From contig JBBQSP010000021.1 of the NCBI GenBank assembly GCA_038213735.1, positions 229 through 64,228 on the forward strand: a stretch of DNA of 64,000 nucleotides, written 5' to 3'. This document shows, piece by piece, positions 18,355 through 27,082 of this stretch; within the stretch, counting starts at the first letter, position 1; each line of letters starts with the position of its first letter. A program made the translations under genes and the position numbers. This stretch comes from Vicinamibacterales bacterium. Lineage in GTDB: Bacteria; Acidobacteriota; Vicinamibacteria; Vicinamibacterales; UBA2999. A model generated the notes under the pieces. The model searched no databases. It was not told where the DNA came from and saw nothing but the letters and a program-made list of their open reading frames with translations.

Positions 18355-19092
18355 TCACTTCTTGTCTTTGATCGCCTGCTCGAGTTGCGGGTTCACCCTG
18401 AAGCCGGCCTTCTTCGCATCCTTCAGCGACGCCTCAGCTTCGGCAATGCGGTTGGTTTCCAGGTAGACGACGGCGAGATTGTTGTGCGCCTCGCCGAACT
18501 TGCCGTCAGCGGCGGTCGCAGCCTTGTACTCGCGTTCGGCGTCGGCGAGCTTGCCGGACCGGAAGTACGCGCTGCCCAGGGAGAGCGACACCCACGGCGG
18601 GACCGACGCGTCGATGCTCATGTCGTTGCCGCGCGCAATGGCGTTCTGAATGTCACGCCGCTGGTTGTTCAGCTGGCGAAGGAGGTTCTGCTGCTGCGCG
18701 GTTGGTGGCATCGCTTGCACCTGGCGGAGTTGCTCGTCGATTTCGGTGATGCGATCCTGGCGGTAGCGCTGGGCATCCTGCCGGTTGGTAAAGTGCCGCC
18801 CGGCTTGGGCGATGTAGAGCTTGCGGCAGGTCGTCAACGTGGCGATGGCCGAGACGTATTGCTTCAGGGCAATTTGCGCCCGGCCGAGCCCGTAGAACGC
18901 GTCCTCGAAGGTGTTGTCGATCGCCACCGCCTGCTGAAACGACTGGGCCGCCCGCTCGAAGGATTCGGCCGTCATCAGTTCCCAACCGTGCCGGTTGTGG
19001 ATGCGGGCGCGCTCGCGTTCGGGTGTGGTCTGCGCGACCGCCGCGCCGGCGAGGGTGAGTGCCGCAAGTGCGAGGGCGAGTATGTGGCGCAT
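18355..19092 (-). CDS. Secreted TPR-repeat protein
   Basis: Signal peptide MRHILALALAALTLAGAAVAQ, with TPR-like A/Y/G-spaced helices at both ends. Confidence 0.7.
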   Translation of the reverse strand: MRHILALALAALTLAGAAVAQTTPERERARIHNRHGWELMTAESFERAAQSFQQAVAIDNTFEDAFYGLGRAQIALKQYVSAIATLTTCRKLYIAQAGRHFTNRQDAQRYRQDRITEIDEQLRQVQAMPPTAQQQNLLRQLNNQRRDIQNAIARGNDMSIDASVPPWVSLSLGSAYFRSGKLADAEREYKAATAADGKFGEAHNNLAVVYLETNRIAEAEASLKDAKKAGFRVNPQLEQAIKDKK

Positions 19093-19109
19093 AGAGCCTC
19101 CTGGACGGT

Positions 19110-19154
19110 CCCCCGAAAACGAAACTGCCCCGCGGGCCGAAGCCCGCGGGGCAG
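19110..19154 (-). terminator. Intrinsic terminator after the TonB-dependent receptor gene
   Basis: A perfect 13-bp stem (CTGCCCCGCGGGC / GCCCGCGGGGCAG, 19125-19137 and 19142-19154) closes a CGAA loop. On the minus strand it is followed by TTTCGTTTTCG. Confidence 0.75.
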
Positions 19155-19179
19155 TGATGATATCCGAGGCGGAGCGCGC

Positions 19180-22161
19180 TTAGAAGAGGAAGCGCACGCC
19201 GATGCGCGCCTGCATCGGGTTCTGGAACGCGTTGTCCATCAGGAAGCGCGGATCCTTGATGGTGTTCTGGCTGACGATCAGGTCGGCGAGGTTCTGCCGG
19301 CCCGTGTAGAACAAGGCCTCGTCCGGCGTCACGCCGTTGGTCTTGTGGTAGGTCGAGTACCTGCCAACCGTGGTGTCCTGGTTGAACAGGTTGAGGATGT
19401 TCAGGCTCAGCTGCACTTCCCTGGCGCCGCCCACCTTGAAGCTGTGCTGCACCAGGAGGTCGGTCTGCGAGAACATCGGCGTGCGGCCGTCGCTGCCGCG
19501 GCCCAGGTACTGGACCGGCAGGTTGTTCGGCGCGTAGATGCCGATCTCGCGCGTGACCGGCAGGCCGCTCGCGACGTATTCGTTCACGCCCACGCTCGTG
19601 CCGAAGCCGAACATGTAGATGAACTGGGTCTTGAACTGGTGCGGACGATCCGTCGCCAGGGGGCCCAGGGCCGCTCCGCCGCCGTCCTGGAACATCATCA
19701 GCGGGTAGTCCCACAGCCGGCCCACGTTCGGGCTGGTGCGGCCGTTCTCGTCAGACTGCGACAAGCCGGAGTAGTTGCCATACAGGCGGCTCCAGGTGTA
19801 GCCCGCGCGCAGGTACCAGTTGTTGGAGTAGCGCTTGTCGAATGCAAACTCCACGCTGTCGAAGTCGCGGACCGCCTTGGGGTTCGCCACGTTGGGATTG
19901 GTGAACGCCAGCGCCGCCAGGTTGAAGCCCGGGTTGGCGATGATGTAGATCTCGCTGCCATCCGCAGCCAGCGCGCCCGTGTCTTCAATCGCGCGGTCAA
20001 CCTGCTTGTGCACGTAGCGGACGCTGACCGCCATGATGTCGTTCAGCTGGTGTTCAATGCCGGCCGAGGCTTCCTGCAGCTTCATCGGCTTCAGGTCCGG
20101 GTCCTGGTGATCGGAGTCGAGCGACACGAAGCGGAAATCGACCGGTCCGCGAATCAGCGTGCCGCTGCAGGCCGGCGGGCACTGGGCGCCGGCCGTCAGG
20201 TTGGTCCAGTCAGGCGTGTCGAGCGTGTAGTAGTACTCGAGCCACTTGTCGCCGCCGAACGAGCCGCGGGGGAGTTCCAGCTTGAAGATGTCGTAGAAGA
20301 CCCCCCACGAGCCGTAGACCTTCCACTTGCCGTCGCCCTTGACGTCGTAGGCGAAGCCGACGCGCGGCGCCAGCTTGTCGGCGAAGCCGAATTCGACACC
20401 GAAGTCCGGGACGCCTTCCTGGGTCGAGTAGGTCGGCACCCGCTCACGCTCGGTGCGGACGCCGGCGTTGATGGTCAGCTTGTTGTTGATGGTCCAGGAA
20501 TCCTGGATGAACAAGCCGATGTTGGTCGTCTGGACGTCGCCTTCGGTGACGAAGCCCTGCTTGGGGACCACGCCGTTGCTGCGCACCTGGTAGTAGCCAT
20601 ACGGACCGCGCAGGCCACCGAGATTGGTGTTCCAGCGAATGCGCACCAGGTTCGCCGACTCGCCGCTCAACACGTCGTTGCCGACCTGGTCGGCCTGGAC
20701 GCCGAACTTGATCTGGTGCGCGCCGCCGGCGTTGGCGTAGAGCGTGCCGTCGGCCTGGAAGTAGAGACGCGTCTGCTGGTCGCGCGTCACCTTGGTGTTC
20801 GAGGGGATGTTCTGGAACCCGCTCGCCCGCTGCAGGCTCACCGGCGTGTCGAGCAGGCCGATGTTGTTGCCGGTCGAGAAGATGATGCGGGGCTCTTCGG
20901 TCACGTTCGAGTCGTTCTGGTCGGCCATGTAGTAGCCGCCGCGCAGGCCGAGGAAAAACCGCGGCGAGGCGACCCAGTCGAGGTTGCCCGACACGGCGTA
21001 GTTGGGGAACTTCGAGACCTTGGTGTAGTTGGTGCCCGCCGGATCGGTGCCGGTCAGCGCCGGCAGCAGGCCGTTGGTTTCACGCCAGCTGTTGTTGTAC
21101 GACACGCGGCCGCGCAGGCTGTTGCTGAGCTGCGCGGTGACGTTGGCGGTGATGTTCTGCGCCGGGGTCTTCTGCTCGACCGAGGCCGTGCCCGCCGCCG
21201 GGTTGCCCGCGCTCGTCGGATCGACGTTACGCGTGGTCGTCTCCATCACTGGCAGGTAAGCCCCGAAGAACCAGGCGCGGTCGCGCACGAGCGGGCCGCC
21301 CAGAGAGAAACCAGGCTCGGTTCGCGATTCCTCGTCCTTCGGATAGGTGATGTACTCCGCGATGTCGTCGTTGAGCAGGTTGCGGCGCAGGGTCGGGGTC
21401 GGGCTGCCCGCCAGCGAGCTGCTCTGGTAGTTGAAGATGCCGCTGCCGTGCATCTCGTTGGTGCCGCTCTTGGTTACGGCGTTGATCACGCCGCCCGTGG
21501 CGCCGCCGAACTCTGCCGTGTAGCCGCTCGACTTAACCTGGACCTCTTCGACGAAGTCGGCGATCAGGCTCTTGCCCGAGGTGCCGCTGCGGAGGTTGGT
21601 GGTTTCGATACCGTCGATGATGTAGCGGTTCTCGCCGGCGCTGGCGCCGTCGATCGAGATGCCGCCCAGCTTGGCTTCCTGGTTGGCGCCGGGCGCCTGC
21701 GTCACCATGGTGGTGAAGTCGCGACCCTTGGGCAGTAGTTCCACCTGCTCGGCGCGGATGTTGGCCTGCCGCGACGTGCTGCGCACGTCAACCAGCGGGG
21801 TCTGGGCAGTCACGGTGACTGTCTCTGCGACGCCGGCCAGCGGCAGCGCGAAGTCCACCTTCTTCAACTGGCCGAGGCCGACGCGCACTTCAACGACTTC
21901 CCGGGCGACGAAGCCCTGGAGGTTCGCGGTGACGCGGTAGTTGCCAGGAGCGAGCGAGGGGAAGCGGAACAAACCGACCGAGTCGGACACCGTCGAGTTG
22001 ACGACGCCGTTCGCGGTGGCTTCAACGGTGGCGCCCGGAAGCACGGCACCCGATGCGTCACGAACGACGCCTTCGATCGAACCACGCTGGTCCTGCGCCC
22101 AGGCGGGCGCCACCAACGTGCAAAGCAACATGACTACAGCGAAAGGTTTCTTGAACATCAC
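19180..22161 (-). CDS. TonB-dependent receptor with N-terminal carboxypeptidase-regulatory-like domain
   Basis: Signal peptide, a CarboxypepD_reg-like module (GVVRDASGAVLPGATVE...) and a plug region. The long beta-rich barrel ends in RFLF. Confidence 0.85.
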   Translation of the reverse strand: MMFKKPFAVVMLLCTLVAPAWAQDQRGSIEGVVRDASGAVLPGATVEATANGVVNSTVSDSVGLFRFPSLAPGNYRVTANLQGFVAREVVEVRVGLGQLKKVDFALPLAGVAETVTVTAQTPLVDVRSTSRQANIRAEQVELLPKGRDFTTMVTQAPGANQEAKLGGISIDGASAGENRYIIDGIETTNLRSGTSGKSLIADFVEEVQVKSSGYTAEFGGATGGVINAVTKSGTNEMHGSGIFNYQSSSLAGSPTPTLRRNLLNDDIAEYITYPKDEESRTEPGFSLGGPLVRDRAWFFGAYLPVMETTTRNVDPTSAGNPAAGTASVEQKTPAQNITANVTAQLSNSLRGRVSYNNSWRETNGLLPALTGTDPAGTNYTKVSKFPNYAVSGNLDWVASPRFFLGLRGGYYMADQNDSNVTEEPRIIFSTGNNIGLLDTPVSLQRASGFQNIPSNTKVTRDQQTRLYFQADGTLYANAGGAHQIKFGVQADQVGNDVLSGESANLVRIRWNTNLGGLRGPYGYYQVRSNGVVPKQGFVTEGDVQTTNIGLFIQDSWTINNKLTINAGVRTERERVPTYSTQEGVPDFGVEFGFADKLAPRVGFAYDVKGDGKWKVYGSWGVFYDIFKLELPRGSFGGDKWLEYYYTLDTPDWTNLTAGAQCPPACSGTLIRGPVDFRFVSLDSDHQDPDLKPMKLQEASAGIEHQLNDIMAVSVRYVHKQVDRAIEDTGALAADGSEIYIIANPGFNLAALAFTNPNVANPKAVRDFDSVEFAFDKRYSNNWYLRAGYTWSRLYGNYSGLSQSDENGRTSPNVGRLWDYPLMMFQDGGGAALGPLATDRPHQFKTQFIYMFGFGTSVGVNEYVASGLPVTREIGIYAPNNLPVQYLGRGSDGRTPMFSQTDLLVQHSFKVGGAREVQLSLNILNLFNQDTTVGRYSTYHKTNGVTPDEALFYTGRQNLADLIVSQNTIKDPRFLMDNAFQNPMQARIGVRFLF

Positions 22162-22412
22162 CTTTCCTCCTTTGGAAAAGCAACAACAACACTACGAAAT
22201 GTAAAAAAACGAACACACTGATGGTAAACCACTAAAGGGAAGAAATGCGGTGTGAATCCACTGAAATATGGGATGAAATGCACTGTTTCCGGGGTGGATT
22301 AAGGCCGGGTTTTTCGTTTTGGGCCGTAAATACAGGGGTTTTTTGAACGTTCGTTTGATATCATCTTTTTTCTCATGCTCCTCATCACCCAGCCGGCTCA
22401 GGAAGTGCACGC
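22162..22412. promoter_or_regulatory. Conspicuously AT-rich divergent promoter region between the TonB receptor and the dehydrogenase gene
   Basis: A- and T-runs are visibly abundant in an otherwise GC-rich window. It has a 7-bp inverted repeat (AATCCAC 22255-22261 / GTGGATT 22294-22300) and a TGAAAT direct repeat. Confidence 0.5.
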
Positions 22413-23462
22413 ATGAGAGTCGCGGTCATCCCCGGCGACGGCATTGGCAAGGACGTCACCGCGGAAGCGGTGAAAGTGCTGCAGGCGACCGGCGAGGCGT
22501 TCGGCCGGCGGTTCGATCTCGTGCACCTGCCGTGGAGCGCGGACCACTACTTGAAGACCGGCGAAACGCTACCGGCCCACGGTTACCAGATGCTCCGCGA
22601 CGAGTTTCAGGCCATCTTCGTCGGTGCGCTCGGCGACCCGCGGGTGCCCGGTAACCAGCACGCGCGCGACATCCTGCTCGGCACGCGATTCGAACTCGAT
22701 CTGTATGTGAACTACCGTCCGGTGCGGCTGCTCGACGACCGCCTGTGTCCCCTCAAAGATCGTGGCCGCAAGGACGTCAACTTCGTCGTGTTCCGCGAAA
22801 ACACCGAGGGCGTCTATGTCAGCGTCGGCGGCCGTTTCAAGGCCGGTACGCCAGACGAGGTCGCCATCCAGGAAGAGATCAACACCTTCAAAGGCGTGAA
22901 CCGCATCATTCGCCACGCGTTCGAGTACGCGCAGGCCAATGGCCTGACCAGGGTGTGCATGGCCGACAAGAGCAACGCCATGCAGCAGGGGCATGCGTTG
23001 TGGCAGCGCGTTTACAAGGAAGTGGCCGCGGAGTATCCGGGCATCACCGCCACGCATCAATACATTGACGCCCTCGCCATGTTCCTGGTGAAGGACCCCG
23101 GTCAGTATCAAGTGATCGTCACCAACAACCTGTTCGGCGACATCGTCACCGACATCGGCGGGGCGCTGCAGGGGGGGCTGGGCATGGCGGCCTCGGGCAA
23201 TCTTCACCCGGGAAAGACCTCGTTGTTTGAACCGGTGCACGGCTCGGCGCCGCCGCTGGCGGGAAAGAACGTCGCCAACCCGATCGGCGCGATTCTCTCG
23301 TCGGCGCTGATGCTCGAGACGCTCGGCGCCGTTGACGAAGCACGGGCGATCGAGCGCGCCGTCGAGGCCGCCATCGCACAGAATCACACCACGTCCGACA
23401 TTGGCGGTCCCCTCGGCACCCGCGAGGTCGGCGACTGGATCGCGAAACGAGTGCAGAAGTAG
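22413..23462 (+). CDS. Isopropylmalate/tartrate dehydrogenase-family oxidoreductase
   Basis: Motifs VIPGDGIGKDV, NYRPVR, FRENTEGVY and NLFGDIVTDIG are present. Confidence 0.8.
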   Translation: MRVAVIPGDGIGKDVTAEAVKVLQATGEAFGRRFDLVHLPWSADHYLKTGETLPAHGYQMLRDEFQAIFVGALGDPRVPGNQHARDILLGTRFELDLYVNYRPVRLLDDRLCPLKDRGRKDVNFVVFRENTEGVYVSVGGRFKAGTPDEVAIQEEINTFKGVNRIIRHAFEYAQANGLTRVCMADKSNAMQQGHALWQRVYKEVAAEYPGITATHQYIDALAMFLVKDPGQYQVIVTNNLFGDIVTDIGGALQGGLGMAASGNLHPGKTSLFEPVHGSAPPLAGKNVANPIGAILSSALMLETLGAVDEARAIERAVEAAIAQNHTTSDIGGPLGTREVGDWIAKRVQK

Positions 23463-23466
23463 GTTG

Positions 23467-23578
23467 GCCACAGAGGACACAGAGGACACAGAGGAATTCT
23501 TTCTAAATGCCAGCGCTGCGGACCAGCCGACGGGCCTTTTGAAGGAATTGACTCTGAGTCCTCCGTGTCCTCTGTGGC
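23467..23578. repeat. About 112-bp element with terminal inverted repeats built from CACAGAGGA 9-mers
   Basis: The left arm is GCCACAGAGGACACAGAGGACACAGAGGA (23467-23495). The right arm is TCCTCCGTGTCCTCTGTGGC (23559-23578). Confidence 0.8.
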
Positions 23579-23597
23579 ACATGTGATCAGGTGAACT

Positions 23598-24779
23598 ATG
23601 GCAAAGAACGTTTTCATACTCGGCGGCGCCCGGACACCCATGACGCAGCACGTCGGTGCGCTGAAGGATCTTTCGGCGATTGAACTCGCCGCGATCGCGT
23701 CGAAAGGCGCGTTCGAGCGCACGGGCACCAAGCCCGAGTGGGTTGACCACGTCGTGTTCGGCAACGTCCAGCAGAGCAGCGTGGACGCCCACTACGGCGC
23801 GCGTCACGTGGGCCTCAAGGCCGGCGTGCCGATCGAGGTGCCCGCGCTCACGGTGAACCGCTTATGCGGCTCGGGCATCCAGGCCGTGCTGAGCGGCGCG
23901 CAGCACATCCAGCTGGAGGAAGCGGGGGTCGTGCTTGCCGGCGGCATGGAGAACATGAGCCAGGTGCCCCACGTAATTCGCGGCGCGCGCTCGGGCTTCA
24001 GGCTGGGGCAGGGCAAGCTCGAAGACTGGCTGTGGGAAGGCCTGACCGATCCATATGCCGGCTGCTCGATGGCCATCACCGCCGAGAACTGCGCCGTGAA
24101 GTACGGCATCACGCGCGAAGAGGCCGATGCCTACGCCCTGCGCAGCCAGCAGCTGGCGCACAAGGCGTGGACATCCGGGATCATGAAGGACGAAGTGGTG
24201 CCGGTCGAGATCCAGGGCCGCAAGGGCGTGACCGTGATCGCGCAGGACGATTACCTGCGTCCCGAGACGACCATGGAGGTCCTGGCCAAGCTGCCCACCG
24301 TTTTCAAGAAAGACGGCGTCGTCACGGCCGGCAACGCCAGCGGCATTGTGGACGGCGCGGCAGCGGTCCTGATCGCCGGGGAGGATGCGGTTAAGAAGCA
24401 CGCACTCAAGCCGCTCGGCCGTATCGTGTCGTGGGCGACCGTGGGCGTCGATCCGGCCATGATGGGCATGGGCCCGGCGCCCGCCATTCGCAAGGCGCTC
24501 GAACACGCCAGGATGTCGTTTGGGCAGCTCGACCTGATCGAGATCAACGAGGCCTTCGCGGCGCAGTACCTCGCCTGCGAAAAGGAGCTGGGCCTCAGCC
24601 GCGACAAAGTGAACGTCAACGGCGGCGCGATTGCGCTGGGCCACCCGCTCGGCGCCAGCGGCGCGCGCATCCTGTTGACGCTGCTGCTCGAGCTGCGGCG
24701 GCGCGGCAAGAAATTCGGTGTGGCCTCGGCCTGCATTGGCGGCGGTCAAGGGATCGCGATGATCGTGGAGGCGCTGTAA
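23598..24779 (+). CDS. Acetyl-CoA C-acetyltransferase (thiolase)
   Basis: Motifs NRLCGSG, GNASGIVDGA, NGGAIALGHPLGASG and CIGGGQG are present. Confidence 0.9.
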   Translation: MAKNVFILGGARTPMTQHVGALKDLSAIELAAIASKGAFERTGTKPEWVDHVVFGNVQQSSVDAHYGARHVGLKAGVPIEVPALTVNRLCGSGIQAVLSGAQHIQLEEAGVVLAGGMENMSQVPHVIRGARSGFRLGQGKLEDWLWEGLTDPYAGCSMAITAENCAVKYGITREEADAYALRSQQLAHKAWTSGIMKDEVVPVEIQGRKGVTVIAQDDYLRPETTMEVLAKLPTVFKKDGVVTAGNASGIVDGAAAVLIAGEDAVKKHALKPLGRIVSWATVGVDPAMMGMGPAPAIRKALEHARMSFGQLDLIEINEAFAAQYLACEKELGLSRDKVNVNGGAIALGHPLGASGARILLTLLLELRRRGKKFGVASACIGGGQGIAMIVEAL

Positions 24780-25636
24780 TGGACATCAAGACCGTCGGCG
24801 TGATCGGGTGCGGGTTGATGGGCGCGGGGATCGCGCAGGTGTCGGCCGCGGCCGGCTTCAAGACCTTCGTCCTCGATGTGAACGAGGACGTCCTCAAGAA
24901 GGGCATCGGCCGCCTCGACAAGTTCCTGACCGGCGGCATCGAGAAGGGCAAAGTCACGCCGGAGCAGAAGGCGACCGTGTTCGCCAACCTCACCGGCACC
25001 ACGAAGTTCGAGGACCTCAAGGACTGCGACCTCATCATCGAGGCCATTGTCGAGAACGTCGAGGTCAAGAAGAAGACCTACGCCCAAATCGAGGCGGTGG
25101 TCGGCACGCACTGCGTGATCGCGTCCAACACCTCATCGCTCTGCATCACCGAGCTCGGCGCCGGCACCACGCGGCCCGACAAGGTGGCCGGCCTGCACTT
25201 CTTCAACCCCGTGCCGCTGATGAAACTGGTCGAGGTGATCCGCGCGCTGGCCACCAGCCAGGAAACCTACGACGCGCTGATGACCTTTGCCCGCGCCATC
25301 GGCAAGGAACCGGTGACGGCCCCCGACCGCGGCGGCTTCATCGTCAACCGCCTGCTGGTGCCGTACCTGCTCGACGCGATCCGCTGCCTCGAAGAAGGCC
25401 TCGCGACGGTCGAAGACATCGACAACGGCATGAAGCTCGGCTGCGGCTACCCGATGGGGCCGTTCATGCTGCTCGACTTCGTCGGCCTCGACACGACCTA
25501 CTACATCGCGAACATCATGTTCGAAGAGTTCCGCGAGACCCGCTTCGCGCCGCCGCCGCTGCTGAAGCGGATGGTGCTGGCGGGGCATCTCGGCAAGAAG
25601 TCCGGCAAGGGTTTCTACGACTACCCGGCGAAGTAG
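24779..25636 (+). CDS. hbd: 3-hydroxybutyryl-CoA / 3-hydroxyacyl-CoA dehydrogenase
   Basis: ATG 24779 overlaps the thiolase TAA (TAATG). Contains VIGCGLMGAGIAQ Rossmann, NTSSL and GFIVNRLL motifs. Confidence 0.9.
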   Translation: MDIKTVGVIGCGLMGAGIAQVSAAAGFKTFVLDVNEDVLKKGIGRLDKFLTGGIEKGKVTPEQKATVFANLTGTTKFEDLKDCDLIIEAIVENVEVKKKTYAQIEAVVGTHCVIASNTSSLCITELGAGTTRPDKVAGLHFFNPVPLMKLVEVIRALATSQETYDALMTFARAIGKEPVTAPDRGGFIVNRLLVPYLLDAIRCLEEGLATVEDIDNGMKLGCGYPMGPFMLLDFVGLDTTYYIANIMFEEFRETRFAPPPLLKRMVLAGHLGKKSGKGFYDYPAK

Positions 25637-25638
25637 CG

Positions 25639-26406
25639 TTAACGCAGGTTCTGGAGCAGGCGCTTCGCCTGCTCCTTGAACCGCCGATCTTCCGGCGTCC
25701 AGTCGGGATCGAGCGGCGCATCGATCACCGCTTGGTACTGCTTCCGCGCTTCGTCCTTGCGTCCCATGTCGGCCAACGTGTCGGCGAGGAACAGCAGTGA
25801 CATCACGCCACTAGGGTTATAAGCGAGCGACTTGCGGAGGTGCGCCTCGGACTTCTTATTGCTGCCGCCGAAGAGGCCGGGCACCTTGAAATACCAGCGA
25901 CCAAGCGCGCGATCGGCGGAGCCTTGCAGGTACGCGGGATCGAGCTTCACCGTCGTCTCGAGCGCCTCGCGGATGGCGCCGCGGTATTTCATGCCCTGGC
26001 GCAGGCCGAACGACTCGGCGAGCGCGCCCATGTTGGCCGCCATCCAGAAGTGCCCTTCGGGCCGTTTCGCATCAATGGCCATCGCCGCCCGTGCGGCCTC
26101 GATGCCGGCCTCGAGCGCCGCCCGGCGCTGGGGCGCAGGCATGCCGTGGGTTCCCAGCCAATAGCGGACTTTGGCGAGCCGATAGGCCGAAGTGAAATCC
26201 TTCGGATTGGCCGTGAGCCGCGCGGTCCAGATGTCGGCGGCTTTCTGGGCGCTGGCCAGGTTCTCGCGATCCTTGTAAAGCGCGTCGGGATCGTCGTCGG
26301 GAACCTGGACCGCGAAATGTGCATCCAACGGAGTTATGGCCCCACTGACCGCGACCCCCGAGATGCCGGCGACCGAGATATACAATGATCCGATGCACGA
26401 TCTCAT
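25639..26406 (-). CDS. Secreted TPR-like hypothetical protein
   Basis: Long clean ORF. The start is uncertain (ATG 26406 or TTG 26385); the longer ORF to 26499 would overlap folE. Confidence 0.55.
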   Translation of the reverse strand: MRSCIGSLYISVAGISGVAVSGAITPLDAHFAVQVPDDDPDALYKDRENLASAQKAADIWTARLTANPKDFTSAYRLAKVRYWLGTHGMPAPQRRAALEAGIEAARAAMAIDAKRPEGHFWMAANMGALAESFGLRQGMKYRGAIREALETTVKLDPAYLQGSADRALGRWYFKVPGLFGGSNKKSEAHLRKSLAYNPSGVMSLLFLADTLADMGRKDEARKQYQAVIDAPLDPDWTPEDRRFKEQAKRLLQNLR

Positions 26407-26986
26407 CCACCGCTTGCTGATTGAACTGGGCGAGGACCCGGCCCGCGAAGGGTTGGTCAAGACGCCGCAGCGGGTGGACAAGGCGCTGAGGTTTCTCACG
26501 AGCGGCTACCAGACCGATATCGATGAGACGCTGAATGGGGCACTGTTCAGCGTCGATTATAGCGAGATGGTGATCGTGCGCGACATCGACTTCTACAGCA
26601 TGTGCGAGCATCATTTGCTGCCGTTTTTCGGCAAGTGCCACGTCGCCTACATCCCGAACGGGAAGGTGATCGGCCTCAGCAAGATCCCGCGCCTGGTGGA
26701 CATTTTCGCGCGGCGGCTCCAACTGCAGGAGCGGATGACCAATCAGATTGCCGAGACCATCACCGAGAAGATCAAGCCGCTCGGCGTCGCCGTGGTCTGC
26801 GAAGGCACGCACCTGTGCATGTCGATGCGCGGCGTGGAGAAGCAGAATTCCTACACCATCACCAGCGCCATGCTGGGCGCCTTCCGCGAGCAGTCGCGGA
26901 CACGCATGGAGTTCCTGGAGTTGCTGAAGCTGCGAGGCGGGATCGTCTCGTCCGGGCCGACCCACTCCCACGACTTCGGCGACTAG
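26393..26986 (+). CDS. folE: GTP cyclohydrolase I
   Basis: Motifs [18 protein letters not shown] and QLQERMT are present. The ORF is open from ATG 26336; 26393 is chosen to fit typical FolE N-termini. Confidence 0.9.
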   Translation: MHDLIHRLLIELGEDPAREGLVKTPQRVDKALRFLTSGYQTDIDETLNGALFSVDYSEMVIVRDIDFYSMCEHHLLPFFGKCHVAYIPNGKVIGLSKIPRLVDIFARRLQLQERMTNQIAETITEKIKPLGVAVVCEGTHLCMSMRGVEKQNSYTITSAMLGAFREQSRTRMEFLELLKLRGGIVSSGPTHSHDFGD

Positions 26987-27010
26987 CGTCGCGAAATCAG
27001 GAAGACGAAA

Positions 27011-27065
27011 ACAGGAGATCAAGAGGTCAGAAGAATGTATTTCTCCTGACCTCCTGACCTCCTGT
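27011..27065. terminator. 25-bp imperfect hairpin between convergent folE and TonB receptor genes
   Basis: Arms are ACAGGAGATCAAGAGGTCAGAAGAA and TTCTCCTGACCTCCTGACCTCCTGT. The 3 mismatches are A-C on the plus strand and become G-U pairs in the minus-strand transcript. Confidence 0.65.
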
Positions 27066-27082
27066 GATTCCCTCGTGACCTG

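Noticed and set aside
18322-21738. A 1138-codon ORF on the plus strand, antisense to the TPR and TonB-receptor genes
   Set aside because: Same reasoning as above. The opposite strand encodes a convincing TonB-dependent receptor (signal peptide, plug, terminal aromatic residue). This ORF's translation is compositionally biased and motif-free.
22192-22410. A 72-codon ORF in the AT-rich spacer
   Set aside because: It lies in the divergent promoter region and has no ribosome-binding site. Its atypical composition reflects the AT-rich DNA rather than coding constraint.
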